DNA from: Convolutriloba macropyga
Lineage: Eukaryota
Reading direction: 5' to 3'
Length of the DNA stretch: 64,000 nucleotides
NCBI RefSeq assembly: GCF_964194025.1
Contig: NC_134479.1
Coordinates: 30,442,001-30,506,000 of the forward strand
The notes under the pieces were generated by a model. The model worked only from the letters and a program-made list of their open reading frames with translations, made no database searches and was not told the DNA's origin. Shown in pieces: positions 55,701 to 64,000 of this stretch. Numbering within the stretch: the stretch's first letter is position 1; each line of letters begins with the position of its first letter. The position numbers and the translations under genes are program-made.

Positions 55701-58700
55701 GTCAATACTGAGACTGACTAACAGTTCACGAAAAAAGTTTAAGATTGCCTATTATTCAAAAAAATTTTCGAAAATTTATCCTTAATTTCTTAACAGCCAT
55801 TAAATTCAATAACTTTCAACGGAAGTCAACGAATACGCTCAAATATAACCCTATGGGAGTATGGGGACGTTTTTCATGCATAGGTGATCAATAAGACATC
55901 ACAACAATTCTTATGACTATGAAAACGAAAACAAAATTAGGCAAATACAAAAAATTCAGTAGAAAAGTGCGAGAAAATGTCGAAGCCATTCAAACCATAA
56001 GATTTTCTCTGAAAACTTTATCTGTGATCCACTGAACGTCCTCTTTAAGCTAATGAGACTAGAACAAAATTTGGATAATGTGATTAATATTTGGATAATG
56101 TGATAAGAGTTCAAAAGTAACCAATAATACGAAAATATCCAAAAAATTTTTAAAAAGTTAAATCTTGTGTCATTGAAGCCATATAACCAAAAGTTTGAAG
56201 ATAAAACCGCTGACCAGATTAAATTTATTTGCAGTAGAAATTAAATGGGTGCTGTCAATACTGAGACTGACTAACAGTTCACGAAAAAAGTTTAAGATTG
56301 CCTATTATTCAAAAAAAATTTCGAAAATTTATCCTTAATTTCTTAACAGCCATTAAATTCAATAACTTTCAACGGAAGTCAACGAATACGCTCAAATATA
56401 ACCCTATGGGAGTATGGGGACGGTTTTCATGCATAGGTGATCAATAAGACATCACAACAATTCTTATGACTATGAAAACGAAAACAAAATTAGGCAAATA
56501 CAAAAAATTCAGTAGAAAAGTGCGAGAAAATGTCGAAGCCATTCAAACCATAAGATTTTCTCTGAAAACTTTATCTGTGATCCACTGAACGTCTTCTTTA
56601 AGCTAATGAGATTAGAACAAAATTTGGATAATTTGATTAATATTTGGATAATGTGATAAGAGTTCAAAAATAACCAATAATACGAAAATATCCAAAAAAT
56701 TTTTAAAAAGTTAAATCTTGTGTCATTGAAGCCATATAACCAAAAATTTGAAGATAAAACCGCTGACCAGATTAAATTTATTTGCAGTAGAAATTAAATG
56801 GGTGCTGTCAATACTGAGACTGACTAACAGTTCACGAAAAAAGTTTAAGATTGCCTATTATTCAAAAAAATTTTCGAAAATTTATCCTTAATTTCTTAAC
56901 AGCCATTAAATTCAATAACTTTCAACGGAAGTCAACGAATACGCTCAAATATAACCCTATGGGAGTATGGGGACGTTTTTCATGCATAGGTGATCAATAA
57001 GACATCACAACAAGTCTTATAACTATGAAAACAACAACAAAAACAAGCAGAAACCAAAAATTCAGTAGAAAAGTACGAGAAAATGTCGAAGCCATTTTAA
57101 CCATATGGTTTACTCTAAAAACTTTATCTGTGATCCACTGAACGTCTTCTTTAAGCCAATAGGAGCTATCAGTTTGAGGATAATGTGATAAGGTTTAAAA
57201 GTAACGAATAATACGGAAATGTCAAAAATTTTTTGAAATCTTGTGTCATTGAAGTGTCATTATAACTAAAAGTTAGAAGATAAAACCGCTAGTCAGATTA
57301 AATTTGGTCACAGTAGGACGGAAGAGGGTGCTGTGACCACTGAGACTGACTTTTAGTTCACGATAATAAGTTTATGATTGGTTATTGTTCAAAAAAAAAT
57401 TTTTCGATATATTTTTAAAGTCCTAACAGCCATTGGCTGTCCACTCAAAGCACTAGATATGTTCACCTAATGCTCATTACGGAACAAATTGCACGGTTAG
57501 TCAATGAGTTTATGCCATAAGATTCCAGAAAAATAGTAAAACCTCAAAAAGAAATAAAGAAATTCAAAATTTCATTTAAAATTACGAGTCGAAGCCAAAA
57601 AAAAACATGAGCAATTCCTTGAGAACATTTTTTTTGCTCATTCGACTGTAAAGGAGGTTTGTCATTAACGGAACCGGGATGTGAAAAGTGACTTGTCTCT
57701 AGGTGACTTAAAAAAGCAAAAAAAAGTAGAAAATTTTTATAGAAAAAGAGCTCTCAAAGAGTTTTTGATAGTGAACTTCCCTATGAAACCAGAAATAGTC
57801 TTTTTAATCGCTTTTAGTCTATTAGGAACACAAATTTGGTTCATTTTTTGGCGTGAAATTCAATTTTGAAATACTATTTTAGAAAATATCTTAATTTGAA
57901 GAAAAATCGCTTTAAAAGTAAACAAATATCGAGTGTTCACACAAAACTTCAATCCTCGATAACTCCTCGAAAAAAACGGAAATCAAAAAAATCTGTTTAA
58001 TTTTGAATTCTACGCTGGACCAGATTTTTAATGATACCACTCACATTTCTCTGCGATGAATATATCGATCGGCCAAAATTGTCTGAACAAAAAAACCCAT
58101 TTTAGTATATAGTTCCTCCCCCCCCCCCCCCCGCAAGTGGGGTCGGAACAAAAATTTAACTTACTTATTGGAAGCAACGTAGTTAAGGGATATTCGGTGT
58201 TTTAGATCTACAATTGGTTGGGTCTCCAGGTGTCATTTCGGAAAGTGTGGGTTAGTGAGACGATGAAATACTATGCGGGACAGAAACAACAGGGTGTGAA
58301 GTTCCCTCGACCGTTCGAGAACATCGAAGATGATACACTTCAGGTTCTGCCATACTTAATGGTGTTTTGATGCTACCGTTAAGTTTAGCAGTGCTACAGA
58401 TCGCTTTTGTAGGAAAGCATCCAGAAATGAAATTGTTTGTGCGGTATAAGATCAACTAGTTCAAAAGTAACTTATGAACATATATTAACAGAATTATTAA
58501 GAAAAGCATGAGAATATGCCATTGAACGAAAAGCTGGGACCATTTATGTCCTACTTATACGTATAAAAAAGAACAGCCTAATGTGAGTTGTCCATATACA
58601 TTAAATTTTAAAATGATACTATGATTTGATTCATATGGACTGACATCTAAGTGTATAACCTTTGGATGTAGTCGTGCAATTTGCAGCTTTGAAAAAAGTT

Positions 58701-59083
58701 AAGCAGACGACGCTTTGCAAATAGCGATCATTGTACAAAGCTGAAGTTTTGAAAATATAAAAATTTTGATGAAGCAAAATTTTATTCATTGGTACTAAAC
58801 TCAAAAGATGAAGCCGTAATATGATCCAAAGTTTTTGTAATAGTTAAAGAGCCGAATTCGTCTAGATCTGGGCAATATCTTAACCTGCTCTATTATGTTA
58901 TGGTTCAAACTTTAGATGGCTGGTGACTATTTGGTTGACCAGAATGGCACTCTGATTCTGTCTCACCCTCAGAAAACAGTTGCTGATAGACCGACTATTG
59001 ATGACATTGTCATGAGCGTCAAGAGAGCACTTGACTCGAAGAGGGATCAGAATGTGAGAAAAGAGATGGGCGCTGCTTCTTAA
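16689..59083 (+). CDS. SELENOL: Selenoprotein L (thioredoxin-like fold, UxxU); spliced CDS join(16689-16779,16853-16940,17004-17057,48157-48202,48536-48681,49153-49525,52501-52713,58206-58343,58916-59083), 1317 nt, 438 aa, Sec250 and Sec253
   Basis: All 8 introns are GT-AG with matching phases (1,2,2,0,2,0,0,0). The only in-frame stops are two TGA in LLRHFA-U-LP-U-RNH. SelL/AhpC-TSA-type motifs LVIVSFGS, D.PRVIYNWLGL, EDDTLQMAGDYLVD and DRPTIDDI are present, and a SECIS lies downstream. Confidence 0.93.
16853..16940 (+). CDS. SELENOL: SelL coding exon 2 (C-SEENSLEVMKSLGPFMFPIMVAYADMFT-K)
   Basis: Acceptor ttttatAG, donor AA|GTTAGT; ..AYADMF.. resembles the SelL N-terminal domain. Confidence 0.85.
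17004..17057 (+). CDS. SELENOL: SelL coding exon 3 (K-LEVDSASSFEAVVSKQY-R)
   Basis: Acceptor tgtttAG, donor AG|GTACGC; phase 2 joins exon 4 to give ...KQYRNAGVRE... Confidence 0.85.
17300..18380 (+). mobile_element. Old, heavily decayed LINE (CR1/L2-like) RT fragment
   Basis: QGSLLGRLIFC..NDIP...YGCAGDAKF (17930-18040) is a degenerate PQGSxLGPxLF...YADD RT core. Confidence 0.65.
19502..19760 (-). repeat. 3' LTR of BEL/Pao element
   Basis: TGTCAC...GATGACA; about 6 substitutions versus the 5' LTR; preceded on the minus strand by the purine-rich tract AAATGGGGCCGGCTA (19761-19775). Confidence 0.95.
20240..25940 (-). pseudogene. BEL/Pao gag-pol polyprotein with two nonsense codons (25860-25862, 24846-24848) and one frameshift (~23235)
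   Basis: ATG at 25940; gag FDGDPLSW and Cys-His knuckles (CFNCFGSHHVQQC, CRSADCGKKHHTMLH); protease YLDNGS; RT VYMDDLY; RNase H FTDAS; integrase HSG..C..C, GLDFIGP, SDNG, WERL. Confidence 0.95.
26020..26410 (-). repeat. Degenerate tandem array of ~11-bp AAACCTACCTG units in the BEL 5' leader
   Basis: About 12 exact CCTACCTG plus about 10 variants; higher-order ~140-bp repeat (26160-26250 versus 26300-26390). Confidence 0.9.
26890..26901 (-). promoter_or_regulatory. Primer-binding site (tRNA-Lys type)
   Basis: TGACGCCCAACG, 3 nt inside the 5' LTR; 11/12 match to the tRNA-Lys PBS TGGCGCCCAACG. Confidence 0.75.
26905..27163 (-). repeat. 5' LTR of BEL/Pao element
   Basis: Direct repeat of 19502-19760, followed by TSD ACACT. 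Confidence 0.95.
28885..33100 (-). mobile_element. Decayed CR1/L2-type LINE (ORF1 remnant, APE endonuclease, RT) with internal duplications
   Basis: APE motifs ICGDFNI and TDHYA (31876-32217); RT motifs NFRPIS, QYGFR, FLDLKK, GLPHCSVLGPLLF, LYADDT (29474-30269); AT-rich tail at ~28890. The 30240-31910 segment is present in 2-3 overlapping copies. Confidence 0.88.
31865..40758. repeat. Near-perfect tandem duplication of a 4447-bp unit (31865-36311 / 36312-40758)
   Basis: Six ORFs recur identically at +4447 (e.g. 31876/36323, 35126/39573); only one mismatch spotted by eye (34340 A versus 38787 G). Confidence 0.97.
33519..36311. mobile_element. Truncated duplicate of the Helentron-like (HINE) element at 37966-40854
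   Basis: Same left end (TTGTTCCGACCCCCACTTTAGTGGG); lacks the hairpin end because the duplication breakpoint cuts it. Confidence 0.7.
37966..40854. mobile_element. Non-autonomous Helentron-associated (DINE-1/HINE-like) element, ~2.9 kb
   Basis: Subterminal inverted repeat TTCCGACCCC (37970-37979) / GGGGTCGGAA (40809-40818); perfect hairpin TAATGTGCG-AA-CGCACATTA (40821-40840); end ...CCTTGT into a T run; no TSD; both ends match 53186-58154 in reverse complement. Confidence 0.78.
43123..43330 (+). mobile_element. tRNA-derived SINE
   Basis: A-box TAGCCGAGAGG (43131-43141), B-box GTTCAATCC (43175-43183), unrelated body, 3' hairpin GTGGC-TAAA-GCCAC and A tail. Confidence 0.7.
43541..43670. repeat. 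AT-rich minisatellite, ~28-bp unit (ATAGCATATAAATATATAAAATATAAAT) x ~4.5
   Basis: Direct reading of tandem units. Confidence 0.9.
44325..45400. mobile_element. ~1.1-kb non-coding interspersed repeat (MITE-like), copy 1
   Basis: Shares GATCTGTTCACACATTTTCATGATTTTTG...GTCACGCCGAAACAGG with 50375-51480, 61565-62460 and 62460-62830; AATAGC(C/T)GCC / GGCGGCTATT inverted motifs near the ends. Confidence 0.7.
45949..46082. repeat. 69-bp tandem duplication containing a 13-bp-arm palindrome
   Basis: TTATTACATTTCT-GG-AGAAATGTAATAA at 45955-45982, repeated at +69 with one mismatch. Confidence 0.9.
47400..48060 (-). mobile_element. Highly decayed piggyBac-like transposase fragment
   Basis: EQLFVD..LLPLK, PIR..GFR and F.DYY remnants in the order expected for piggyBac LSVDE.M.PFKG / KPIRFGFK / FDNYF; frameshifted. 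Confidence 0.45.
48157..48202 (+). CDS. SELENOL: SelL coding exon 4 (R-NAGVREAYESVLEFE)
   Basis: Acceptor tgtttcAG, donor GAA|GTTAGT; VRE..E..LE.E pattern. Confidence 0.88.
48536..48681 (+). CDS. SELENOL: SelL coding exon 5 (DELNNFSAEVDRQ...LTGPN-P)
   Basis: Acceptor gatttAG, donor CC|GTTAGT, phase 2 matches exon 6. Confidence 0.88.
49153..49525 (+). CDS. SELENOL: SelL coding exon 6, containing both Sec codons (TGA 49475-49477 and 49484-49486)
   Basis: TTT GCC TGA CTA CCG TGA CGT AAC CAC = FA-U-L-P-U-RNH; acceptor ttatttAG, donor CAG|GTATAA. Confidence 0.95.
50375..51480. mobile_element. ~1.1-kb interspersed repeat (MITE-like), copy 2
   Basis: Collinear similarity to 44325-45400. Confidence 0.7.
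52501..52713 (+). CDS. SELENOL: SelL coding exon 7 (AIWRDLRVRLVIVSFGSPKGLRLW...CTDQPRV)
   Basis: Acceptor gtttacAG, donor GTG|GTGAGC; VIVSFG motif. Confidence 0.93.
53186..58154. mobile_element. Helentron-associated (DINE-1/HINE-like) element, ~5 kb, carrying an internal satellite; opposite orientation to 37966-40854
   Basis: Starts ACAAGGAGGCTCG + degenerate hairpin + TTCGGACCC; ends GTGGGGTCGGAACAAAAA (subTIR 58139-58148); 57920-58150 is the reverse complement of 37966-38190. Confidence 0.78.
54150..57435. repeat. Satellite array, ~553-bp unit x ~6
   Basis: Anchor TCAATAAGAC at 54266, 54759, 55335, 55888, 56441 and 56994 (spacings 493, 576, 553, 553, 553); internal subrepeat TAATATTTGGATAATGTG. 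Confidence 0.95.
58206..58343 (+). CDS. SELENOL: SelL coding exon 8 (IYNWLGLQVSFRKVW...EDDTLQ)
   Basis: Acceptor gttttAG, donor CAG|GTTCTG; Y..LGL..S..KVW motif. Confidence 0.93.
58916..59083 (+). CDS. SELENOL: SelL terminal coding exon 9 (MAGDYLVDQNG...DRPTIDDI...AAS*)
   Basis: Acceptor actttAG; Q|MAGDY matches the family QxGGDF motif; DRP motif; TAA at 59081-59083. Confidence 0.93.
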   Translation: MAGDYLVDQNGTLILSHPQKTVADRPTIDDIVMSVKRALDSKRDQNVRKEMGAAS

Positions 59084-59287
59084 ACTCGGAAGTCTGAATT
59101 TAAGGACAGGATTGCAGACGTAGTTATTTATCTAATCACTGCAGAATAGACGAAATCAATGCGAAAGCAACCATTTTTTTCTCGTTTTGTAGTTGACGTG
59201 TTATTTTTAAAAATCGAAAAAAAAACGAAATGAATTCTGATAGTTCACTGGGACATTGATTGTCTTATGCCGTATTTTTCTCCTGAA

Positions 59288-59415
59288 ATGTGTTAATATA
59301 GCGAATGACGACTGTGTGGAAAACCAATAAATCAGCTCTTTTCAGTTTGTCCAATCAAAATTGAGCATTCTGTTTTGAGCGTGGATCTGCCAGTCTGACA
59401 TGTTTTATAGCACAT
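59288..59415 (+). promoter_or_regulatory. SECIS element (type II-like, long apical extension)
   Basis: Helix I ATGTGTTA(59288-95)/TAGCACAT(59408-15); core ATGAC(59305-09)/TGAC(59396-99); helix II GACTG-T-GTGGA(59310-20)/TCTGC-CAGTC(59386-95); unpaired AAA 59321-23; ~205 nt after the stop codon. Confidence 0.85.
59326..59331 (+). promoter_or_regulatory. Candidate polyadenylation hexamer AATAAA inside the SECIS
   Basis: The only AATAAA I found between the stop codon and ~60770; U/GU-rich sequence follows at 59368-59384. Confidence 0.35.
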
Positions 59416-61564
59416 ATCAATTTATCTTTGTTGTGGACCAATTTATGAAGATTGCGAGATATAAACTCACACGTGATTTATGTAAATTTAAATTATTTTA
59501 AATGTAATCAGTGTTTAAGTAGATTTAATCGGATTTTTACCCCATTGTATTTAAGTTGGATCCTTCCTATATTACATACCATATTGTGCTGTTATCTCTC
59601 TAATATCAAAAATTATTCTTATCTATGCCTCACTAAAATTTTACTTTTTTTACAACTGAAGTTTTCAGCTAAATCAATTCGGGAGTGTTGCGTAGGCTTT
59701 GCTAGTGCTCTTACTGGTTCTAAAATATTGTCGTATTCAGTTTTGTCTCAATTTTCAGGGCAGATAAGTTACCATTGATGCGTGAAGGAATCATTTAAAA
59801 GATGGCCTGATGCTTGTATTGTTGAACAGGTGTACTTTGCCTGTGTTTAATCAAAAACATCAAAGAAGTCAAGACCCAGTTGACAGTCTTTAAAGGGAAA
59901 ATCAAACTACAAGATGCCACAATGAAGAAGCATTCATGCGCAATGTGTGCCAAAAGAAATCTTAGGTTTGAAGAATTGAAGGACATCAACCACTGGGCCG
60001 CAAAGTTGGTGATACGGCAACTCATTTAGTAAGACCTAAAGACGTAATACGATCAATCCGATCCGAGTGAACTGGACCCTTTAAAGGGAAGCTTATGAAG
60101 CTAGGTTGTAATTTTTAATAGCTGCCTTCATGTTAGCAGGCTATTATTGCCCTCATATATTTTTTAATAGCCGCCTCTGAACGTCTATTAATTAGACGTC
60201 TCCTTTTTTACAATCATATGATCTTCACGCTTCCGGATTTTTCACATCAGTGAGAAGTCAATTAGAGTGGTGCTTTTAGTTACGCTGATGTACTATAGGG
60301 AGCTAAAATTGGAGACATGGTGTGAAGCAGCCCCCCCCCCCCCCAACAGCAGCTCACTTCACCCCCCCCCCTCTCCTGCACATCGTTCAGGCCGTAAGCA
60401 CCCCGTTTCTGATTTCTTATAAGTGAGCGAGCAAGAAAACCGCAAGTTCAGGGATTGAATATACTTTGAAAAATTTGTTTCAATGAACAAAATTGAATAG
60501 CAGAGAAAAGACAGTGTTTCTTTTGTTCATGCCTTCTTTTGAAACAGCGAGAAATGTACCAAGCAATTTTTCTTTGAATTTCGACAATATTGCAGAAAAT
60601 TGACAATTTAATTTGAGTTTTTAAATTTATTTCGAAATTAGAGATGCTTTTGTGCTTTTTTTGTGTTGTGCAAATTAGTTTGAGCAATGAAGTTGGCTCG
60701 ATTACTTGAAATATTGTTTTCACTTTGTATTTGTAAAGAGAGGGAAGCAAGAAAACCGGAAGTTCAGGAGTGAATAAAGTGTAAAAAAATGGTTTTGGTG
60801 AACAAATTCGGAGAGCAGAGAAAAGAAAGAGTGGTTCTTTTTTTCATGCTTTCTTTTAAAGCAGCGGCAGAAAAGTAGGCGTGACAATTTTTTTTGCAAA
60901 GCGTGCTATTTTTCTTTGTTCATGTGGCTTTTCAAGCTTTTTTGTTTGAAAATTCTACGTCTGATTGGTTGTAATAGTCTTAGGGTATATTTTTTGGCTG
61001 TTTTGATAGCGTTTCAAAAGTTTTTGTTAATTAAACAAGTTTTATAATACTTTAATGGTTTTTCAACGAGTTCTCCGGTTTTATGTCTTTAGCTATTTTT
61101 GGTCCAGTATTTTTTATTGCTTTTTACTTGTTGCTGAATGGAAGCATAATGCTCGTGGGCAGTTTCTTTTACAAAATAAAAACACGTTCTTTGGTACCAA
61201 GCAATTTTTTGTCTTTGACTAAATTTTGACTGCAAAATGCAAAAAAAATGAAATTTTTCTTCATTTCTTTAGAGTTTTTCGCTTAAATTCAAAATTAGAG
61301 ATTTTTTGTGCTTATATTGGCTCGTCTGATTTTGTGCGAGCAATGAAGTAGTCTCAATTACTTGAAAGTTTGTTCTCTTTGTTTTCGTACTTGAACAAAA
61401 TAAAAAATGTAGAATTTTTTTCTTTTAATTACTTTAGTTAAATTTCCTTTTTCATTTAATATAGTCTTCTCTCTTATCTTCACTGCCATCAGACATCAGA
61501 AACAAGTCTTTCGACAGACTGCTTCTTGGCAAAGACATCTTTGAGTCTTTTTTTTTCGGAATTC

Positions 61565-62830
61565 TTCCGGCTATGTTTTTTTCAAAGATCTGTTCACACT
61601 TGAAAATTGGAGCGGAAAATCCACGGCATGAAATTTTTCAATCTATTTTGTAAGTAGAGTGAGAAAACAGTGTATGAACAACAATTTGCTTTCTCGCTAG
61701 TGGTTTTCTTTTTTCACATGCAGCCTTTTCGCTTTGATTTTACTTTTCGATTTTCGATCGGATTTTTTTCTAAATTATTCCAATCCTGTCATAGTACATT
61801 CTAGGTCTAACGTCCTTTGATAACGTCCTTTTTTTACGTAAGTGACGACTTTGACGCTTGAATTCTGACTTACTTCATTGTTTCAATTGAATGGATTTTA
61901 AATACTTTCACGAACTGAATTACGTAATGTAGTTAATACGGTCAAACTAGTCTGGAAGTATGCAATTCACAGAAACCGTTTTGAAACTTAAACTTATGGT
62001 GTGAAGGGCGGTTCTTAGAGGTTGACCCACCTCCGCCTCCCCACAACAATCCCCCACAGCAACCCACTCTCACTTCATCCCACCCCTTCACATCGTTCAG
62101 GCCATAAGGGCCAAAAACTGCACTCCCACCGTTGCCGCTGATACCCAAACGTGGCTAGCTACTGACAAAGTCAACCGCTCGCTAAAGAAACGTGAAATCC
62201 CGGCCATTAAGTCATAATGCATTAGGTTATCAAAGTTTATTAAAGCGATTGACAGGTGGCGTTAGTATTATGCTTAAAAGCCTTCAGTTTATAAGCTTAA
62301 TTAAGTGTAATTTTAGAGTCTAACCTAATATGCAGAATTTACGCACCAAATAAGAACACTTTGACACTTTTGTTTCTCTGATTTTTTTCTGTTTCAATCC
62401 CAATGTGCGTGAAGCGGGTCAGCGGCTGCTATTTTCGAACAATTTGCAAGCTATGTTTTAGAATTCAAAGAAATAGAATTGTTTTGGGGCACTGACTTTT
62501 CAAGATCTGTTAACACATTTTCATGATTTTTGCAGTGGAATTTGCGAAGAAATTTTTGGTCACGCCGAAACAGGGTTGAAGAAGCGAGTGGTTTTGAAAC
62601 TATTTTTTTCACTTAATAGAAAATCGAGTTCAAACAAAATTTGATTTCTCGATTGTTCGGTTTCTTATTGTTCACGTGTGGCAATTTGACCTTCTTTTCT
62701 ATTTAAGTTTTTTGATCGCATTTTTTGTAAGCTGTTTATTTTATTGTAAGCAATTCTTTTATTGTCCTTTCTAGGTCTAGTTTATTGCCCAGTCAATGAA
62801 AGTTTGTTCAATTTTAGATCAGGGTTTGTC
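61565..62830. mobile_element. Further fragmented copies of the ~1.1-kb interspersed repeat
   Basis: GATCTGTT(C/A)ACAC and GGTCACGCCGAAACAGG motifs; ATTAAGTCA..GCATTAGGTTATCAAAGTT shared with ~45060; one copy is split by an insertion at ~61945-62200. Confidence 0.65.
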
Positions 62831-64000
62831 CTTTTATGTTGTATGGCATCAAGATTTTTGTAACCACTATGTGGCGCTATACGATCCCGTAAATCTGCTT
62901 TTTGTTCCTTCAATCATGCAATTCTAACTGAATTGCGTGCGTAACTACCGCTTTTAACTCTCAGTAGAGCGAGTTGTTTGTGCTTTTGTCTGATTAAGTT
63001 GCATCACACGAGACTACCTCTCTCTTAAACATGACTTTTCATATGCGCACACATATAACGGTAACACAGAATTAAATGACTGTAAAGCGTTTTCGGCTGT
63101 CTTGGTCTCATGAAATGTGCAATTATCTCGACTGGAAAAGTCTTTTCTGAATTGCTTGAAAACTAGCGCTTTTATTTTCAGGATAAAACGCGAAACCAAA
63201 TTCTCTTTTGAGCTTTTTTAGGTTCTATGATTTTTTACAATAGAAAACATTTGGTGGAGACTCATTATACGACTCGTAGAGAAACGCTGGTGAAGCGTCT
63301 TTTTAACGGAAGTTTCTTGGAGTGTAGTTAGAACAGAATAAAAAAGTCAACGCCATATGTGAAAACGGTCTTTAGGTCAAACGGCTGAACGAATTGAAGA
63401 GCAGAGAGAAGAGAGTGGTTTTCTGAATATATCGTGTTTAGAGAAAGAGAAAAAGAAAATAGTTGAGGCAGAAATTTACTAAGCGAGCGGAACTTTTTTG
63501 ACACCTGCAGTTTTTTTTCGAGACAGATTATATTTTTACTAGAATTTTCAAATCAAAGGTGTTTTTCTCAATTACCTGAAACATTAACCATCTGAATGAA
63601 ATTTTTATAGCCATTTTTTTGCTCTTTTAACCACTTTGCCATGTTTTAAGCTATTTTAGCAGTTTTGTGTTCTTGTGTTTGTGTGGGAGTTGTGAAGCTG
63701 TTCTAGCAGGTTAAATTATCTTTCAGAATGACTAATTTTGTATTACGAGGTATTTTTGTTGAAGCAAATTGAGTAAATTTTAACAAATTTCAGCCCATTT
63801 TTGTCTGTTTAATCTGAGTTCATTCTTCTCGCTCTAGTTCTTTTGGTCATTTTTTAAAAAGCTGTTCTACAGGTGTTGCTACTATGAAGTGACAGTCGAA
63901 GGCTAGTCATGGCACTCTCCACTGAAATAAATTTTACGATTTTCTAATTTTTCGTTCTGTTAATATTTTAATGGTTGTTTAATATTTCTGAGACAAGTAT

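Noticed and set aside
54150-57435. CRISPR array
   Set aside because: Whole 553-bp units repeat with no unique spacers, no cas genes, and a eukaryotic context.
59190-59235. Second SECIS candidate (TGAC...AAAA...TGAA)
   Set aside because: No convincing helix I or helix II pairing; mostly A/T runs.
59795-60030. Protein-like patch downstream of SelL
   Set aside because: Short, contains stops, has no splice or motif support, and cannot be assigned.

Overview
AT-rich, repeat-dense eukaryotic DNA, most likely from an aquatic invertebrate; it is not prokaryotic. The ORF track misses the one host gene: an apparently intact selenoprotein L (SelL) gene on the + strand with 9 coding exons (16689-59083, 438 aa). 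It has two in-frame UGA codons in a thioredoxin-like UxxU motif (LLRHFA-U-L-P-U-RNH, TGA at 49475 and 49484) and a SECIS element in the 3'UTR (59288-59415). The SECIS has an unusually long apical extension (~62 nt) that contains the only canonical AATAAA I found near the 3' end. Intron 3 is ~31 kb and holds a young full-length BEL/Pao LTR retrotransposon (5-bp TSD, ~98% identical LTRs), CR1/L2-type LINE remnants, a near-perfect 4447-bp tandem duplication, DINE-1-like Helentron elements, a tRNA-derived SINE and a piggyBac-like relic. Intron 7 holds another Helentron-like copy whose interior has expanded into a 553-bp satellite. Upstream of the gene are a truncated CRE-like non-LTR element, a decayed and internally duplicated Gypsy element, and ~3.7 kb of unidentified decayed coding sequence. 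All calls come from reading the sequence by eye; family assignments rest on recalled motifs, not database searches.
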